A stretch of DNA of 64,000 bases from Eledone cirrhosa (lineage: Eukaryota): the NCBI GenBank assembly GCA_964016885.1, contig OZ024741.1, positions 20,026,001 through 20,090,000 of the forward strand. Reading direction: 5' to 3'. The notes under the pieces were generated by a model. That model ran no database searches, had not been told where the DNA came from, and saw only the letters and a program-made list of their open reading frames with translations. The translations under genes and the position numbers were made by a program. This document shows, piece after piece, positions 22,591-40,500 of this stretch (its first letter is position 1; every line of letters begins with the position of its first letter).

Positions 22591-25500
22591 ATCACCACCA
22601 TCACTACCGTCATCACCATCACCATCACTACCATCACCACCATCACTACCGTCATCACCATCACCACTACCATCACTACCGTCACCACCATCACCATCAC
22701 TACCGTCATCACCACCACCATCACTACCGTCATCACCATCACCATCACTACCGTCATCACCACCACCATCACTACCGTCATCACCATCACCATCACTACA
22801 GTCATCACCATCACCAACATCACTACCGTCATCACCATCACCATCATCACTACCGTCATCACCATCATCACCATCACTACCGTCATCACAATCACCACCA
22901 TCACTACCGTCATCACCACCATCGCCATCACTACAGTCACCATCACCATCATCACCATCACTACCGTCATCACCACCATCGCCATCACTACAGTCACCAT
23001 CACCACCATCACCATCACTACCGTCATCACCACCACCATCACTACCGTCATCACCACCACCATCACTACCGTCATCACCATCACCACCATCACTACCGTC
23101 ATCACCATCACCATCACTACCGTCATCATCACCATCATCACCATCACTACCGTCACCACCATCACCACCATCACTCCCATCATCACCATCACCACCATCA
23201 CTACAGTCATCACCACTACCACCAATACCGTCATCACCATCACCATCACTACCGTCACCATCACCATCACCATCAGTACCGTCATCACCATCATCACCAT
23301 CACTACCGTCATCACCATCACCCCCATCGCTACCGTCATCACCACCACCATCACTACCGTCATCACCATCACCACCATCACTACCGTCATCACCATCACC
23401 CCCATCGCTACCGTCATCACCACCACCATCACTACCGTCATCACCATCATCACCATAACTACCGTCATCACCACCATCACCATCACTACCGTCACCATCA
23501 CCACCATCACAACCGTCATCACCACCACCATCACTACCGTCATCACCATCACCATCACTACCGTCATCACCATCACCACTATCACTACCGTCATCACCAT
23601 CATCACCATCACTACCGTCATCACCATCACCACTATCACTACCGTCATCACCATCACCATCACCATCACTACCGTCATCACCACCACCATCACTACCGTC
23701 ATCACCATCACCATCACTACCGTCATCACCATCACCACCATCACTACCGTCATCACCATCACCACCATCACTACCGTCATCACCATCATCACCATCACTA
23801 CCGTCATCACCATCTCCATCACTACCGTCATCACCATCATCACCATCACTACCGTCATCACCATCACCATCACTACCGTCATCACCATCACCACCATCAC
23901 TACCGTCATCACCATCACCACTATCACTACCGTCATCACCATCACCACCACCATCACTACCGTCATCACCATCACCATCACTACCGTCATCACCATCATC
24001 ACCATCACTACCGTCATCACCATCATCACGATCACTACCGTCATCACCACTACCATCAATACCGTCATCACCATCACCATCACTACCGTCACCATCACCA
24101 TCACCATCACTACCGTCATCACCATCATCACCATCACTACCGACATCACCATCACCACCATCACTACCGTCATCACCATCACCATCACTACCGTCACCAT
24201 CACCACCATCACAACCGTCATCACCACCACCATCACTACCGTCATCACCATCACCATCACTACCGTCATCACCATCACCACCACCATCGCTACCGTCATC
24301 ACCACCACCATCACTCCCGTCATCACCATCATCACCATAACTACCGTCATCACCACCATCACCATCACTACCGTCACCATCACCACCTTCACAACCGTCA
24401 TCACCACCACCAGCACTACCGTCATCACCATCACCATCACTACCGTCATCACCATCACCACCACCATCACTACCGTTATCACCATCACCATCACTACCGT
24501 CATCACCGTCATCACCATCACTACCGTCATCACCATCACCACCATCACTACCGTCATCACCATCACCACCACCATCACTACCGTCATCACCATCATCACC
24601 ATCACTACCGTCATCACCATCACCAGCATCACTACCGGCATCACCACCATCACCATCACTACCGTCATCACCACCACCATCACAACCGTCATCACCATCA
24701 CCATCACTACCGTCATCACCATCACCACCATCACTAGCGTCATCACCATCACCATCACAACCGTCATCACCATCACCATCACTACCGTCATCACCATCAC
24801 CATCAGTACCGTCATCACCATCACCACCACCATCACTACAGTCATCACCATCATCATCACTACCGTCATCACCATCATCACCATCACTACCGTCATCACC
24901 TTCACCACCATCACTACCGTCATCACCATCACCATCACTACCGTCATCACCATCACCACCATCACTACTGTCATCACCATCACCACCATCTCTACCGTCA
25001 TCACCATCACCACCATCACTACCGTCATCACCACCACCATCACTACCGTCATCACCATCACTACCGTCATCACCATCATCACCATCACTACCGTCATCAC
25101 CATCACCACTATCACTACCGTCATCACCATCATCACCATCACTACCGTCATCACCATCACCACTATCACTACCGTCATCACCATCACCATCACCATCACT
25201 ACCGTCATCACCACCACCATCACTACCGTCATCACCATCACCATCACTACTGTCATCACCATCACCACCATCACTACCGTCATCACCATCACCACCATCA
25301 CTACCGTCATCACCATCATCACCATCACTACCGTCATCACCATCTCCATCACTACCGTCATCACCATCATCACCATCACTACCGTCATCCCCATCACCAT
25401 CACTACCGTCATCACCATCACCACCATCACTACCGTCATCACCATCACCACTATCACTACCGACATCACCATCACCACCATCACTACCGTCATCACCATC

Positions 25501-28500
25501 ACCACCACCATCACTACCGTCATCACCATCACCATCACTACCGTCATCACCATCATCACCATCACTACCGTCATCACCATCATCACCATCACTACCGTCA
25601 TCACCACTACCATCAATACCGTCATCACCATCACCATCACTACCGTCACCATCACCATCACCATCACTACCGTCATCACCATCATCACCATCACTACCGA
25701 CATCACCATCACCACCATCACTACCGTCATCAAAATCACCACCAACATCACCACCATCACCATCATCACCATCACCATCACCACCACCACCATCACTACC
25801 ATCATCACCATCACCATCACTACCGTCATCACCATCATTACCGTCACCATCACCATCATCACCATCACTACCGTCATCACTATCACCACCATCACTACCG
25901 TCATCACCATCACCACTACCATCACTACCGTCACCACCATCACCATCACTACCGTCATCACCACCACCATCACTACCGTCATCACCATCACCATCACTAC
26001 CGTCATCACCACCACCATCACTACCGTCATCACCATCACCATCACTACAGTCATCACCATCACCAACATCACTACCGTCATCACCATCACCATCATCACT
26101 ACCGTCATCACCATCACCATCATCACTACCGTCATCACCATCATCACGATCACTACCGTCATCACCACCATCGCCATCACTACAGTCACCATCACCATCA
26201 TCACCATCACTACCGTCATCACCACCATCGCCATCACTACAGTCACCATCACCATCATCACCATCACTACCGTCATCACCATCATCACCATCACTACAGT
26301 CATCACCATCACCACCATCACTACCGTCATCACCATCACCATCACTACCGTCATCACCATCATCACCATCACTACCGTCATCACCATCACCACCATCACT
26401 ACCGTCATCACCACTATCACCATCATCACCATCACTACCGTCACCACCATCCCCACCAACACTACCATCATCACCATCACCACCATCACTACAGTCATCA
26501 CCACTACCATCAATACCGTCATCACCATCACCATCACTACCGTCACCATCACCATCACCATCACTACCGTCATCACCACTACCATCAATACCGTCATCAC
26601 CATCACCATCACTACCGTCACCATCACCATCACCATCACTACCGTCATCACCATCACCACCATCACTACCGTCATCACCATCACCCCCATCGCTACCGTC
26701 ATCACCACCACCATCACCACCGTCATCACCATCACCACCATCACTACCGTCATCACCATCACCCCCATCGCTACCGTCATCACCACCACCATCACTACCG
26801 TCATCACCATCATCACCATAACTACCGTCATCACCACCATCACCATCACTACCGTCACCATCACCACCATCACAACCGTCATCACCACCACCATCACTAC
26901 CGTCATCACCATCACCATCACTACCGTCATCACCATCACCACCACCATCACTACCGTTATCACCATCACCATCACTACCGTCATCACCGTCATCACCATC
27001 ACTACCGTCATCACCATCACCACCATCACTACCGTCATCACCATCACCACCACCATCACTACCGTCATCACCATCATCACCATCACTACCGTCATAACCA
27101 TCACCAGCATCACTACCGTCATCACCACCATCACTACCGTCATCACCACCACCATCACAACCGTCATCACCATCACCATCACTACCGTCATCACCATCAC
27201 CACCATCACTAGCGTCATCACCACCACCATCACAACCGTCATCACCATCACCATCACTACCGTCATCACCATCACCATCAGTACCGTCATCACCATCACC
27301 ACCACCATCACTACAGTCATCACCATCATCATCACTACCGTCATCACCATCATCACCATCACTACCGTCATCACCATCATCACCATCACTACCGTCATCA
27401 CCATCACCATCACTACCGTCATCACCATCACCACCATCACTACCGTCATCACCATCACCACCATCTCTACCGTCATCACCATCACCACCATCACTACCGT
27501 CATCACCACCACCATCACTACCGTCATCACCATCACTACCGTCATCACCATCATCACCATCACTACCGTCATCACCATCACCATCATCACTACCGTCATC
27601 ACCATCATCACGATCACTACCGTCATCACCACCATCGCCATCACTACAGTCACCATCACCATCATCACCATCACTACCGTCATCACCACCATCGCCATCA
27701 CTACAGTCACCATCACCATCATCACCATCACTACCGTCATCACCATCATCACCATCACTACAGTCATCACCATCACCACCATCACTACCGTCATCACCAT
27801 CACCATCACTACCGTCATCACCATCATCACCATCACTACCGTCATCACCATCACCACCATCACTACCGTCATCACCACTATCACCATCACTACCGTCACC
27901 ATCACCATCATCACCATCACTACCGTCACCACCATCACCACCATCACTACCATCATCACCATCACCACCATCACTACAGTCATCACCACTACCATCAATA
28001 CCGTCATCACCATCACCATCACTACCGTCACCATCACCATCACCATCACTACCGTCATCACCACTACCATCAATACCGTCATCACCATCACCATCACTAC
28101 CGTCACCATCACCATCACCATCACTACCGTCATCACCATCATCACCATCACTACCGTCATCACCATCACCACCATCACTACCGTCATCACCATCACCCCC
28201 ATCGCTACCGTCATCACCACCACCATCACTACCGTCATCACCATCACCACCATCACTACCGTCATCACCATCACCCCCATCGCTACCGTCATCACCACCA
28301 CCATCACTACCGTCATCACCATCATCACCATAACTACCGTCATCACCACCATCACCATCACTACCGTCACCATCACCACCATCACAACCGTCATCACCAC
28401 CACCATCACTACCGTCATCACCATCACCATCACTACCGTCATCACCATCACCACCACCATCACTACCGTTATCACCATCACCATCACTACCGTCATCACC

Positions 28501-31500
28501 GTCATCACCATCACTACCGTCATCACCATCACCACCATCACTACCGTCATCACCATCACCACCACCATCACTACCGTCATCACCATCATCACCATCACTA
28601 CCGTCATCACCATCACCAGCATCACTACCGTCATCACCACCATCACTACCGTCATCACCACCACCATCACAACCGTCATCACCATCACCATCACTACCGT
28701 CATCACCATCACCACCATCACTAGCGTCATCACCACCACCATCGCAACCGTCATCACCATCACCATCACTACCGTCATCACCATCACCATCAGTACCGTC
28801 ATCACCATCACCACCACCATCACTACAGTCATCACCATCATCATCACTACCGTCATCACCATCATCACCATCACTACCGTCATCACCATCATCACCATCA
28901 CTACCATCATCACCATCACCATCACTACCGTCATCACCATCACCACCATCACTACCGTCATCACCATCACCACCATCTCTACCGTCATCACCATCACCAC
29001 CATCACTACCGTCATCAACACCACCATCACTACCGTCATCACCATTATCACCATCACTACCGTCATCACCATCACCACTATCACTACCGTCATCACCATC
29101 ATCACCATCACTACCGTCATCACCATCACCACTATCACTACCGTCATCACCATCACCATCACCATCACTACCGTCATCACCATCATCACCATCACTACCG
29201 TCATCACCATCACCACTATCACTACCGTCATCACCATCACCATCACCATCACTACCGTCATCACCATCACCATCACTACCGTCATCACCATCACCACCAT
29301 CACTACTGTCATCACCATCACCACCATCTCTACCGTCATCACCATCACCACCATCACTACCGTCATCACCACCACCATCACTACCGTCATCACCATCACT
29401 ACCGTCATCACCATCACCACCATCACTACCGTCATCACCATCACCACCATCACTACCGTCATCACCATCATCACCATCACTACCGTCATCACCATCTCCA
29501 TCACTACCGTCATCACCATCATCACCATCACTACCGTCATCACCATCACCATCACTACCGTCATCACCATCACCACCATCACTACCGTCATCACCATCAC
29601 CACCATCACTACCGTCATCACCATCACCACTATTACTACCGTCATCACCATCACCACCATCTCTACCGTCATCACCATCACCATCACTACCGTCATCACC
29701 ATCATCACCATCACTACCGTCATCACCATCACCACCATCACTACCGTCATCACCACCACCATCACTACCGTCATCACCATCACTACCGTCATCACCATCA
29801 CCACCATCACTACCGTCATCACCATCACCACCATCACTACCGTCATCACCATCATCACCATCACTACCGTCATCACCATCTCCATCACTACCGTCATCAC
29901 CATCATCACCATCACTACCGTCATCACCATCACCATCACTACCGTCATCACCATCACCACCATCACTACCGTCATCACCATCACCACTATTACTACCGTC
30001 ATCACCATCACCACCATCACTACCGTCATCACCATCACCATCACTACCGTCATCACCATCATCACCATCACTACCGTCATCACCATCATCACCATCACTA
30101 CCGTCATCACCATCACCATCACTACCGTCATCACCATCACCACCATCACTACCGTCATCACCATCACCACCATCACTACCGTCATCACCATCACTACCGT
30201 CATCACCATCACCACCATCACTACCGTCATCACCATCACCACCATCACTACCGTCATCACCATCACCACTATCACTACCGTCATCACCATCACCACCATC
30301 ACTACCGTCATCACCATCACCACCACCATCACTACCGTCATCACCATCACCATCACTACCGTCATCACCATCATCACCATCACTACCGTCATCACCATCA
30401 CCACCATCACTACCGTCATCACCACCACCATCACAACCGTCATCACCGTCACCATCACTACCGTCATCACCATCACCACCACCATCACTACCGTCATCAC
30501 CATCACCATCACTACCGTCATCACCATCACCACCATCACCACCGTCATCACCATCACCACTATCACTACCGTCATCACCATCACCACCATCACTACCGTC
30601 ATCACCATCACCACCACCATCACTACCGTCGTCACCATCACCATCACTACCGTCATCACCATCACCATCACTACCGTCACCATCACCATCACTACCGTCA
30701 TCACCATCATCACCATCACTACCGTCATCACCATCACCATCATCACTACCGTCATCACCACCACCATCACTACCGTCATAACCATCACCATCACTACCGT
30801 CATCACCATCACCACCACCATCACTACCGTCATCACCATCACCACCACTACCGTCATCACCATCACTACCGTCATCACCATCACCACCATCACTACCGTC
30901 ATCACCACCACCATCACTACCGTCATCACCATCATCACCATCACTACCGTCATCACCATCACCAGCATCACTACCATCATCACCACCATCACCATCACTA
31001 CCGTCATCACCACCACTATCACAACCATCATCACCATCACCATCACTACCGTCATCACCATCACCACCATCACTACCGTCATCACCATCACCATCACTAC
31101 CGTCATCACCATCACCACCATCACTACCGTCATCACCATCACCACCATCACTACCGTCATCACCACCACCATCACTACCGTCATCACCATCACCATCACT
31201 ACCGTCACCATCACCATCACCATCACTAGCGTCATCACCATCATCACCATCACTACCGTCATAACCATCACCACCATCACTACCGTCATCACCATCACCA
31301 TCACTACCGTCATCACCATCACCATCACTACCGTCATAACCATCACCACCATCACTACCGTCATCACCATCACCATCACTACCGTCATCACCACCACCAT
31401 CACTACCGTCATCACCATCACCACCATCACTACCGTCATCACCATCACCATCACTACCGTCATCACCATCACCACCATCACTACCGTCATCACCATCATC

Positions 31501-34500
31501 GCCATCACTACCGTCATCACCATCACCACCATCACTACCGTCATCACATCACTAGCGTCATCACCATCACCATCACTACCGTCATCACCATCACCACCAT
31601 CACTACCGTCATCACCATCACCACCATCACTACCGTCATCACCACCACCATCACTACCGTCATCACCATCACCATCACTACCGTCACCATCACCATCACC
31701 ATCACTAGCGTCATCACCATCATCACCATCACTACCGTCATCACCATCATCACCATCACTACCGTCATCACCATCACCACTATCACTACCGTCATCACCA
31801 TCACCACCATCAATACCGTCATCACCATCACCATCACCATCACTACCATCACCATCACCACCATCACTACCGTCATCACCATCACCACCATCACTCCCGT
31901 CATCACCACCACCATCACTACCGTCATCACCATCACCACCATCACTACCGTCATCACCATCATCACCATCACTACCGTCATCACCATCACCACTATCACT
32001 ACCGTCATCACCATCACCACCATCACTACCGTCATCACCATCACCATCACTACCGTCATCACCATCATGACCATCACTACCGTCATCACCATCATCACCA
32101 TCACTACCGTCATCACCATCACCACCATCACTACCGTCATCACCACCACCATCACAACCGTCATCACCGTCACCATCACTACCGTCATCATCATCACCAC
32201 CACCATCACTACCGTCATCACCATCACCACTATCACTACCGTCATCACCATCACCACCATCACTACCGTCATCACCATCACCATCACTACCATCACCACC
32301 ATCACTACCGTCATCACCATCACCACTACCATCACTACCGTCACCACCATCACCATCACTACCGTCATCACCACCACCATCACTACCGTCATCACCATCA
32401 CCATCACTACCGTCATCACCACCACCATCACTACCGTCATCACCATCACCATCACTACAGTCATCACCATCACCAACATCACTACCGTCATCACCATCAC
32501 CATCATCACTACCGTCATCACCATCATCACCATCACTACCGTCATCACAATCACCACCATCACTACCGTCATCACCACCATCGCCATCACTACAGTCACC
32601 ATCACCATCATCACCATCACTACCGTCATCACCACCATCGCCATCACTACAGTCACCATCACCACCATCACCATCACTACCGTCATCACCACCACCATCA
32701 CTACCGTCATCACCACCACCATCACTACCGTCATCACCATCACCACCATCACTACCGTCATCACCATCACCATCACTACCGTCATCATCACCATCATCAC
32801 CATCACTACCGTCACCACCATCACCACCATCACTCCCATCATCACCATCACCACCATCACTACAGTCATCACCACTACCACCAATACCGTCATCACCATC
32901 ACCATCACTACCGTCACCATCACCATCACCATCAGTACCGTCATCACCATCATCACCATCACTACCGTCATCACCATCACCCCCATCGCTACCGTCATCA
33001 CCACCACCATCACTACCGTCATCACCATCACCACCATCACTACCGTCATCACCATCACCCCCATCGCTACCGTCATCACCACCACCATCACTACCGTCAT
33101 CACCATCATCACCATAACTACCGTCATCACCACCATCACCATCACTACCGTCACCATCACCACCATCACAACCGTCATCACCACCACCATCACTACCGTC
33201 ATCACCATCACCATCACTACCGTCATCACCATCACCACTATCACTACCGTCATCACCATCATCACCATCACTACCGTCATCACCATCACCACTATCACTA
33301 CCGTCATCACCATCACCATCACCATCACTACCGTCATCACCACCACCATCACTACCGTCATCACCATCACCATCACTACCGTCATCACCATCACCACCAT
33401 CACTACCGTCATCACCATCACCACCATCACTACCGTCATCACCATCATCACCATCACTACCGTCATCACCATCTCCATCACTACCGTCATCACCATCATC
33501 ACCATCACTACCGTCATCACCATCACCATCACTACCGTCATCACCATCACCACCATCACTACCGTCATCACCATCACCACTATCACTACCGTCATCACCA
33601 TCACCACCACCATCACTACCGTCATCACCATCACCATCACTACCGTCATCACCATCATCACCATCACTACCGTCATCACCATCATCACGATCACTACCGT
33701 CATCACCACTACCATCAATACCGTCATCACCATCACCATCACTACCGTCACCATCACCATCACCATCACTACCGTCATCACCATCATCACCATCACTACC
33801 GACATCACCATCACCACCATCACTACCGTCATCACCATCACCATCACTACCGTCACCATCACCACCATCACAACCGTCATCACCACCACCATCACTACCG
33901 TCATCACCATCACCATCACTACCGTCATCACCATCACCACCACCATCGCTACCGTCATCACCACCACCATCACTCCCGTCATCACCATCATCACCATAAC
34001 TACCGTCATCACCACCATCACCATCACTACCGTCACCATCACCACCTTCACAACCGTCATCACCACCACCAGCACTACCGTCATCACCATCACCATCACT
34101 ACCGTCATCACCATCACCACCACCATCACTACCGTTATCACCATCACCATCACTACCGTCATCACCGTCATCACCATCACTACCGTCATCACCATCACCA
34201 CCATCACTACCGTCATCACCATCACCACCACCATCACTACCGTCATCACCATCATCACCATCACTACCGTCATCACCATCACCAGCATCACTACCGGCAT
34301 CACCACCATCACCATCACTACCGTCATCACCACCACCATCACAACCGTCATCACCATCACCATCACTACCGTCATCACCATCACCACCATCACTAGCGTC
34401 ATCACCATCACCATCACAACCGTCATCACCATCACCATCACTACCGTCATCACCATCACCATCAGTACCGTCATCACCATCACCACCACCATCACTACAG

Positions 34501-37500
34501 TCATCACCATCATCATCACTACCGTCATCACCATCATCACCATCACTACCGTCATCACCTTCACCACCATCACTACCGTCATCACCATCACCATCACTAC
34601 CGTCATCACCATCACCACCATCACTACTGTCATCACCATCACCACCATCTCTACCGTCATCACCATCACCACCATCACTACCGTCATCACCACCACCATC
34701 ACTACCGTCATCACCATCACTACCGTCATCACCATCATCACCATCACTACCGTCATCACCATCACCACTATCACTACCGTCATCACCATCATCACCATCA
34801 CTACCGTCATCACCATCACCACTATCACTACCGTCATCACCATCACCATCACCATCACTACCGTCATCACCACCACCATCACTACCGTCATCACCATCAC
34901 CATCACTACTGTCATCACCATCACCACCATCACTACCGTCATCACCATCACCACCATCACTACCGTCATCACCATCATCACCATCACTACCGTCATCACC
35001 ATCTCCATCACTACCGTCATCACCATCATCACCATCACTACCGTCATCACCATCACCATCACTACCGTCATCACCATCACCACCATCACTACCGTCATCA
35101 CCATCACCACTATCACTACCGACATCACCATCACCACCATCACTACCGTCATCACCATCACCACCACCATCACTACCGTCATCACCATCACCATCACTAC
35201 CGTCATCACCATCATCACCATCACTACCGTCATCACCATCATCACCATCACTACCGTCATCACCACTACCATCAATACCGTCATCACCATCACCATCACT
35301 ACCGTCACCATCACCATCACCATCACTACCGTCATCACCATCATCACCATCACTACCGACATCACCATCACCACCATCACTACCGTCATCAAAATCACCA
35401 CCAACATCACCACCATCACCATCATCACCATCACCATCACCACCACCACCATCACTACCATCATCACCATCACCATCACTACCGTCATCACCATCATTAC
35501 CGTCACCATCACCATCATCACCATCACTACCGTCATCACTATCACCACCATCACTACCGTCATCACCATCACCACTACCATCACTACCGTCACCACCATC
35601 ACCATCACTACCGTCATCACCACCACCATCACTACCGTCATCACCATCACCATCACTACCGTCATCACCACCACCATCACTACCGTCATCACCATCACCA
35701 TCACTACAGTCATCACCATCACCAACATCACTACCGTCATCACCATCACCATCATCACTACCGTCATCACCATCACCATCATCACTACCGTCATCACCAT
35801 CATCACGATCACTACCGTCATCACCACCATCGCCATCACTACAGTCACCATCACCATCATCACCATCACTACCGTCATCACCACCATCGCCATCACTACA
35901 GTCACCATCACCATCATCACCATCACTACCGTCATCACCATCATCACCATCACTACAGTCATCACCATCACCACCATCACTACCGTCATCACCATCACCA
36001 TCACTACCGTCATCACCATCATCACCATCACTACCGTCATCACCATCACCACCATCACTACCGTCATCACCACTATCACCATCATCACCATCACTACCGT
36101 CACCACCATCCCCACCAACACTACCATCATCACCATCACCACCATCACTACAGTCATCACCACTACCATCAATACCGTCATCACCATCACCATCACTACC
36201 GTCACCATCACCATCACCATCACTACCGTCATCACCACTACCATCAATACCGTCATCACCATCACCATCACTACCGTCACCATCACCATCACCATCACTA
36301 CCGTCATCACCATCACCACCATCACTACCGTCATCACCATCACCCCCATCGCTACCGTCATCACCACCACCATCACCACCGTCATCACCATCACCACCAT
36401 CACTACCGTCATCACCATCACCCCCATCGCTACCGTCATCACCACCACCATCACTACCGTCATCACCATCATCACCATAACTACCGTCATCACCACCATC
36501 ACCATCACTACCGTCACCATCACCACCATCACAACCGTCATCACCACCACCATCACTACCGTCATCACCATCACCATCACTACCGTCATCACCATCACCA
36601 CCACCATCACTACCGTTATCACCATCACCATCACTACCGTCATCACCGTCATCACCATCACTACCGTCATCACCATCACCACCATCACTACCGTCATCAC
36701 CATCACCACCACCATCACTACCGTCATCACCATCATCACCATCACTACCGTCATAACCATCACCAGCATCACTACCGTCATCACCACCATCACTACCGTC
36801 ATCACCACCACCATCACAACCGTCATCACCATCACCATCACTACCGTCATCACCATCACCACCATCACTAGCGTCATCACCACCACCATCACAACCGTCA
36901 TCACCATCACCATCACTACCGTCATCACCATCACCATCAGTACCGTCATCACCATCACCACCACCATCACTACAGTCATCACCATCATCATCACTACCGT
37001 CATCACCATCATCACCATCACTACCGTCATCACCATCATCACCATCACTACCGTCATCACCATCACCATCACTACCGTCATCACCATCACCACCATCACT
37101 ACCGTCATCACCATCACCACCATCTCTACCGTCATCACCATCACCACCATCACTACCGTCATCACCACCACCATCACTACCGTCATCACCATCACTACCG
37201 TCATCACCATCATCACCATCACTACCGTCATCACCATCACCATCATCACTACCGTCATCACCATCATCACGATCACTACCGTCATCACCACCATCGCCAT
37301 CACTACAGTCACCATCACCATCATCACCATCACTACCGTCATCACCACCATCGCCATCACTACAGTCACCATCACCATCATCACCATCACTACCGTCATC
37401 ACCATCATCACCATCACTACAGTCATCACCATCACCACCATCACTACCGTCATCACCATCACCATCACTACCGTCATCACCATCATCACCATCACTACCG

Positions 37501-40500
37501 TCATCACCATCACCACCATCACTACCGTCATCACCACTATCACCATCACTACCGTCACCATCACCATCATCACCATCACTACCGTCACCACCATCACCAC
37601 CATCACTACCATCATCACCATCACCACCATCACTACAGTCATCACCACTACCATCAATACCGTCATCACCATCACCATCACTACCGTCACCATCACCATC
37701 ACCATCACTACCGTCATCACCACTACCATCAATACCGTCATCACCATCACCATCACTACCGTCACCATCACCATCACCATCACTACCGTCATCACCATCA
37801 TCACCATCACTACCGTCATCACCATCACCACCATCACTACCGTCATCACCATCACCCCCATCGCTACCGTCATCACCACCACCATCACTACCGTCATCAC
37901 CATCACCACCATCACTACCGTCATCACCATCACCCCCATCGCTACCGTCATCACCACCACCATCACTACCGTCATCACCATCATCACCATAACTACCGTC
38001 ATCACCACCATCACCATCACTACCGTCACCATCACCACCATCACAACCGTCATCACCACCACCATCACTACCGTCATCACCATCACCATCACTACCGTCA
38101 TCACCATCACCACCACCATCACTACCGTTATCACCATCACCATCACTACCGTCATCACCGTCATCACCATCACTACCGTCATCACCATCACCACCATCAC
38201 TACCGTCATCACCATCACCACCACCATCACTACCGTCATCACCATCATCACCATCACTACCGTCATCACCATCACCAGCATCACTACCGTCATCACCACC
38301 ATCACTACCGTCATCACCACCACCATCACAACCGTCATCACCATCACCATCACTACCGTCATCACCATCACCACCATCACTAGCGTCATCACCACCACCA
38401 TCGCAACCGTCATCACCATCACCATCACTACCGTCATCACCATCACCATCAGTACCGTCATCACCATCACCACCACCATCACTACAGTCATCACCATCAT
38501 CATCACTACCGTCATCACCATCATCACCATCACTACCGTCATCACCATCATCACCATCACTACCATCATCACCATCACCATCACTACCGTCATCACCATC
38601 ACCACCATCACTACCGTCATCACCATCACCACCATCTCTACCGTCATCACCATCACCACCATCACTACCGTCATCAACACCACCATCACTACCGTCATCA
38701 CCATTATCACCATCACTACCGTCATCACCATCACCACTATCACTACCGTCATCACCATCATCACCATCACTACCGTCATCACCATCACCACTATCACTAC
38801 CGTCATCACCATCACCATCACCATCACTACCGTCATCACCATCATCACCATCACTACCGTCATCACCATCACCACTATCACTACCGTCATCACCATCACC
38901 ATCACCATCACTACCGTCATCACCATCACCATCACTACCGTCATCACCATCACCACCATCACTACTGTCATCACCATCACCACCATCTCTACCGTCATCA
39001 CCATCACCACCATCACTACCGTCATCACCACCACCATCACTACCGTCATCACCATCACTACCGTCATCACCATCACCACCATCACTACCGTCATCACCAT
39101 CACCACCATCACTACCGTCATCACCATCATCACCATCACTACCGTCATCACCATCTCCATCACTACCGTCATCACCATCATCACCATCACTACCGTCATC
39201 ACCATCACCATCACTACCGTCATCACCATCACCACCATCACTACCGTCATCACCATCACCACCATCACTACCGTCATCACCATCACCACTATTACTACCG
39301 TCATCACCATCACCACCATCTCTACCGTCATCACCATCACCATCACTACCGTCATCACCATCATCACCATCACTACCGTCATCACCATCACCACCATCAC
39401 TACCGTCATCACCACCACCATCACTACCGTCATCACCATCACTACCGTCATCACCATCACCACCATCACTACCGTCATCACCATCACCACCATCACTACC
39501 GTCATCACCATCATCACCATCACTACCGTCATCACCATCTCCATCACTACCGTCATCACCATCATCACCATCACTACCGTCATCACCATCACCATCACTA
39601 CCGTCATCACCATCACTACCGTCATCACCATCACCACCATCACTACCGTCATCACCATCACCACCATCACTACCGTCATCACCATCACCACTATCACTAC
39701 CGTCATCACCATCACCACCATCACTACCGTCATCACCATCACCACCACCATCACTACCGTCATCACCATCACCATCACTACCGTCATCACCATCATCACC
39801 ATCACTACCGTCATCACCATCACCACCATCACTACCGTCATCACCACCACCATCACAACCGTCATCACCGTCACCATCACTACCGTCATCACCATCACCA
39901 CCACCATCACTACCGTCATCACCATCACCATCACTACCGTCATCACCATCACCACCATCACCACCGTCATCACCATCACCACTATCACTACCGTTATCAC
40001 CATCACCACCATCACTACCGTCATCACCATCACCACCACCATCACTACCGTCGTCACCATCACCATCACTACCGTCATCACCATCACCATCACTACCGTC
40101 ACCATCACCATCACCATCACTACCGTCATCACCATCATCACCATCACTACCGTCATCACCATCACCATCATCACTACCGTCATCACCACCACCATCACTA
40201 CCGTCATAACCATCACCATCACTACCGTCATCACCATCACCACCACCATCACTACCGTCATCACCATCACCACCACTACCGTCATCACCATCACTACCGT
40301 CATCACCATCACCACCATCACTACCGTCATCACCACCACCATCACTACCGTCATCACCATCATCACCATCACTACCGTCATCACCATCACCAGCATCACT
40401 ACCATCATCACCACCATCACCATCACTACCGTCATCACCACCACTATCACAACCATCATCACCATCACCATCACTACCGTCATCACCATCACCACCATCA

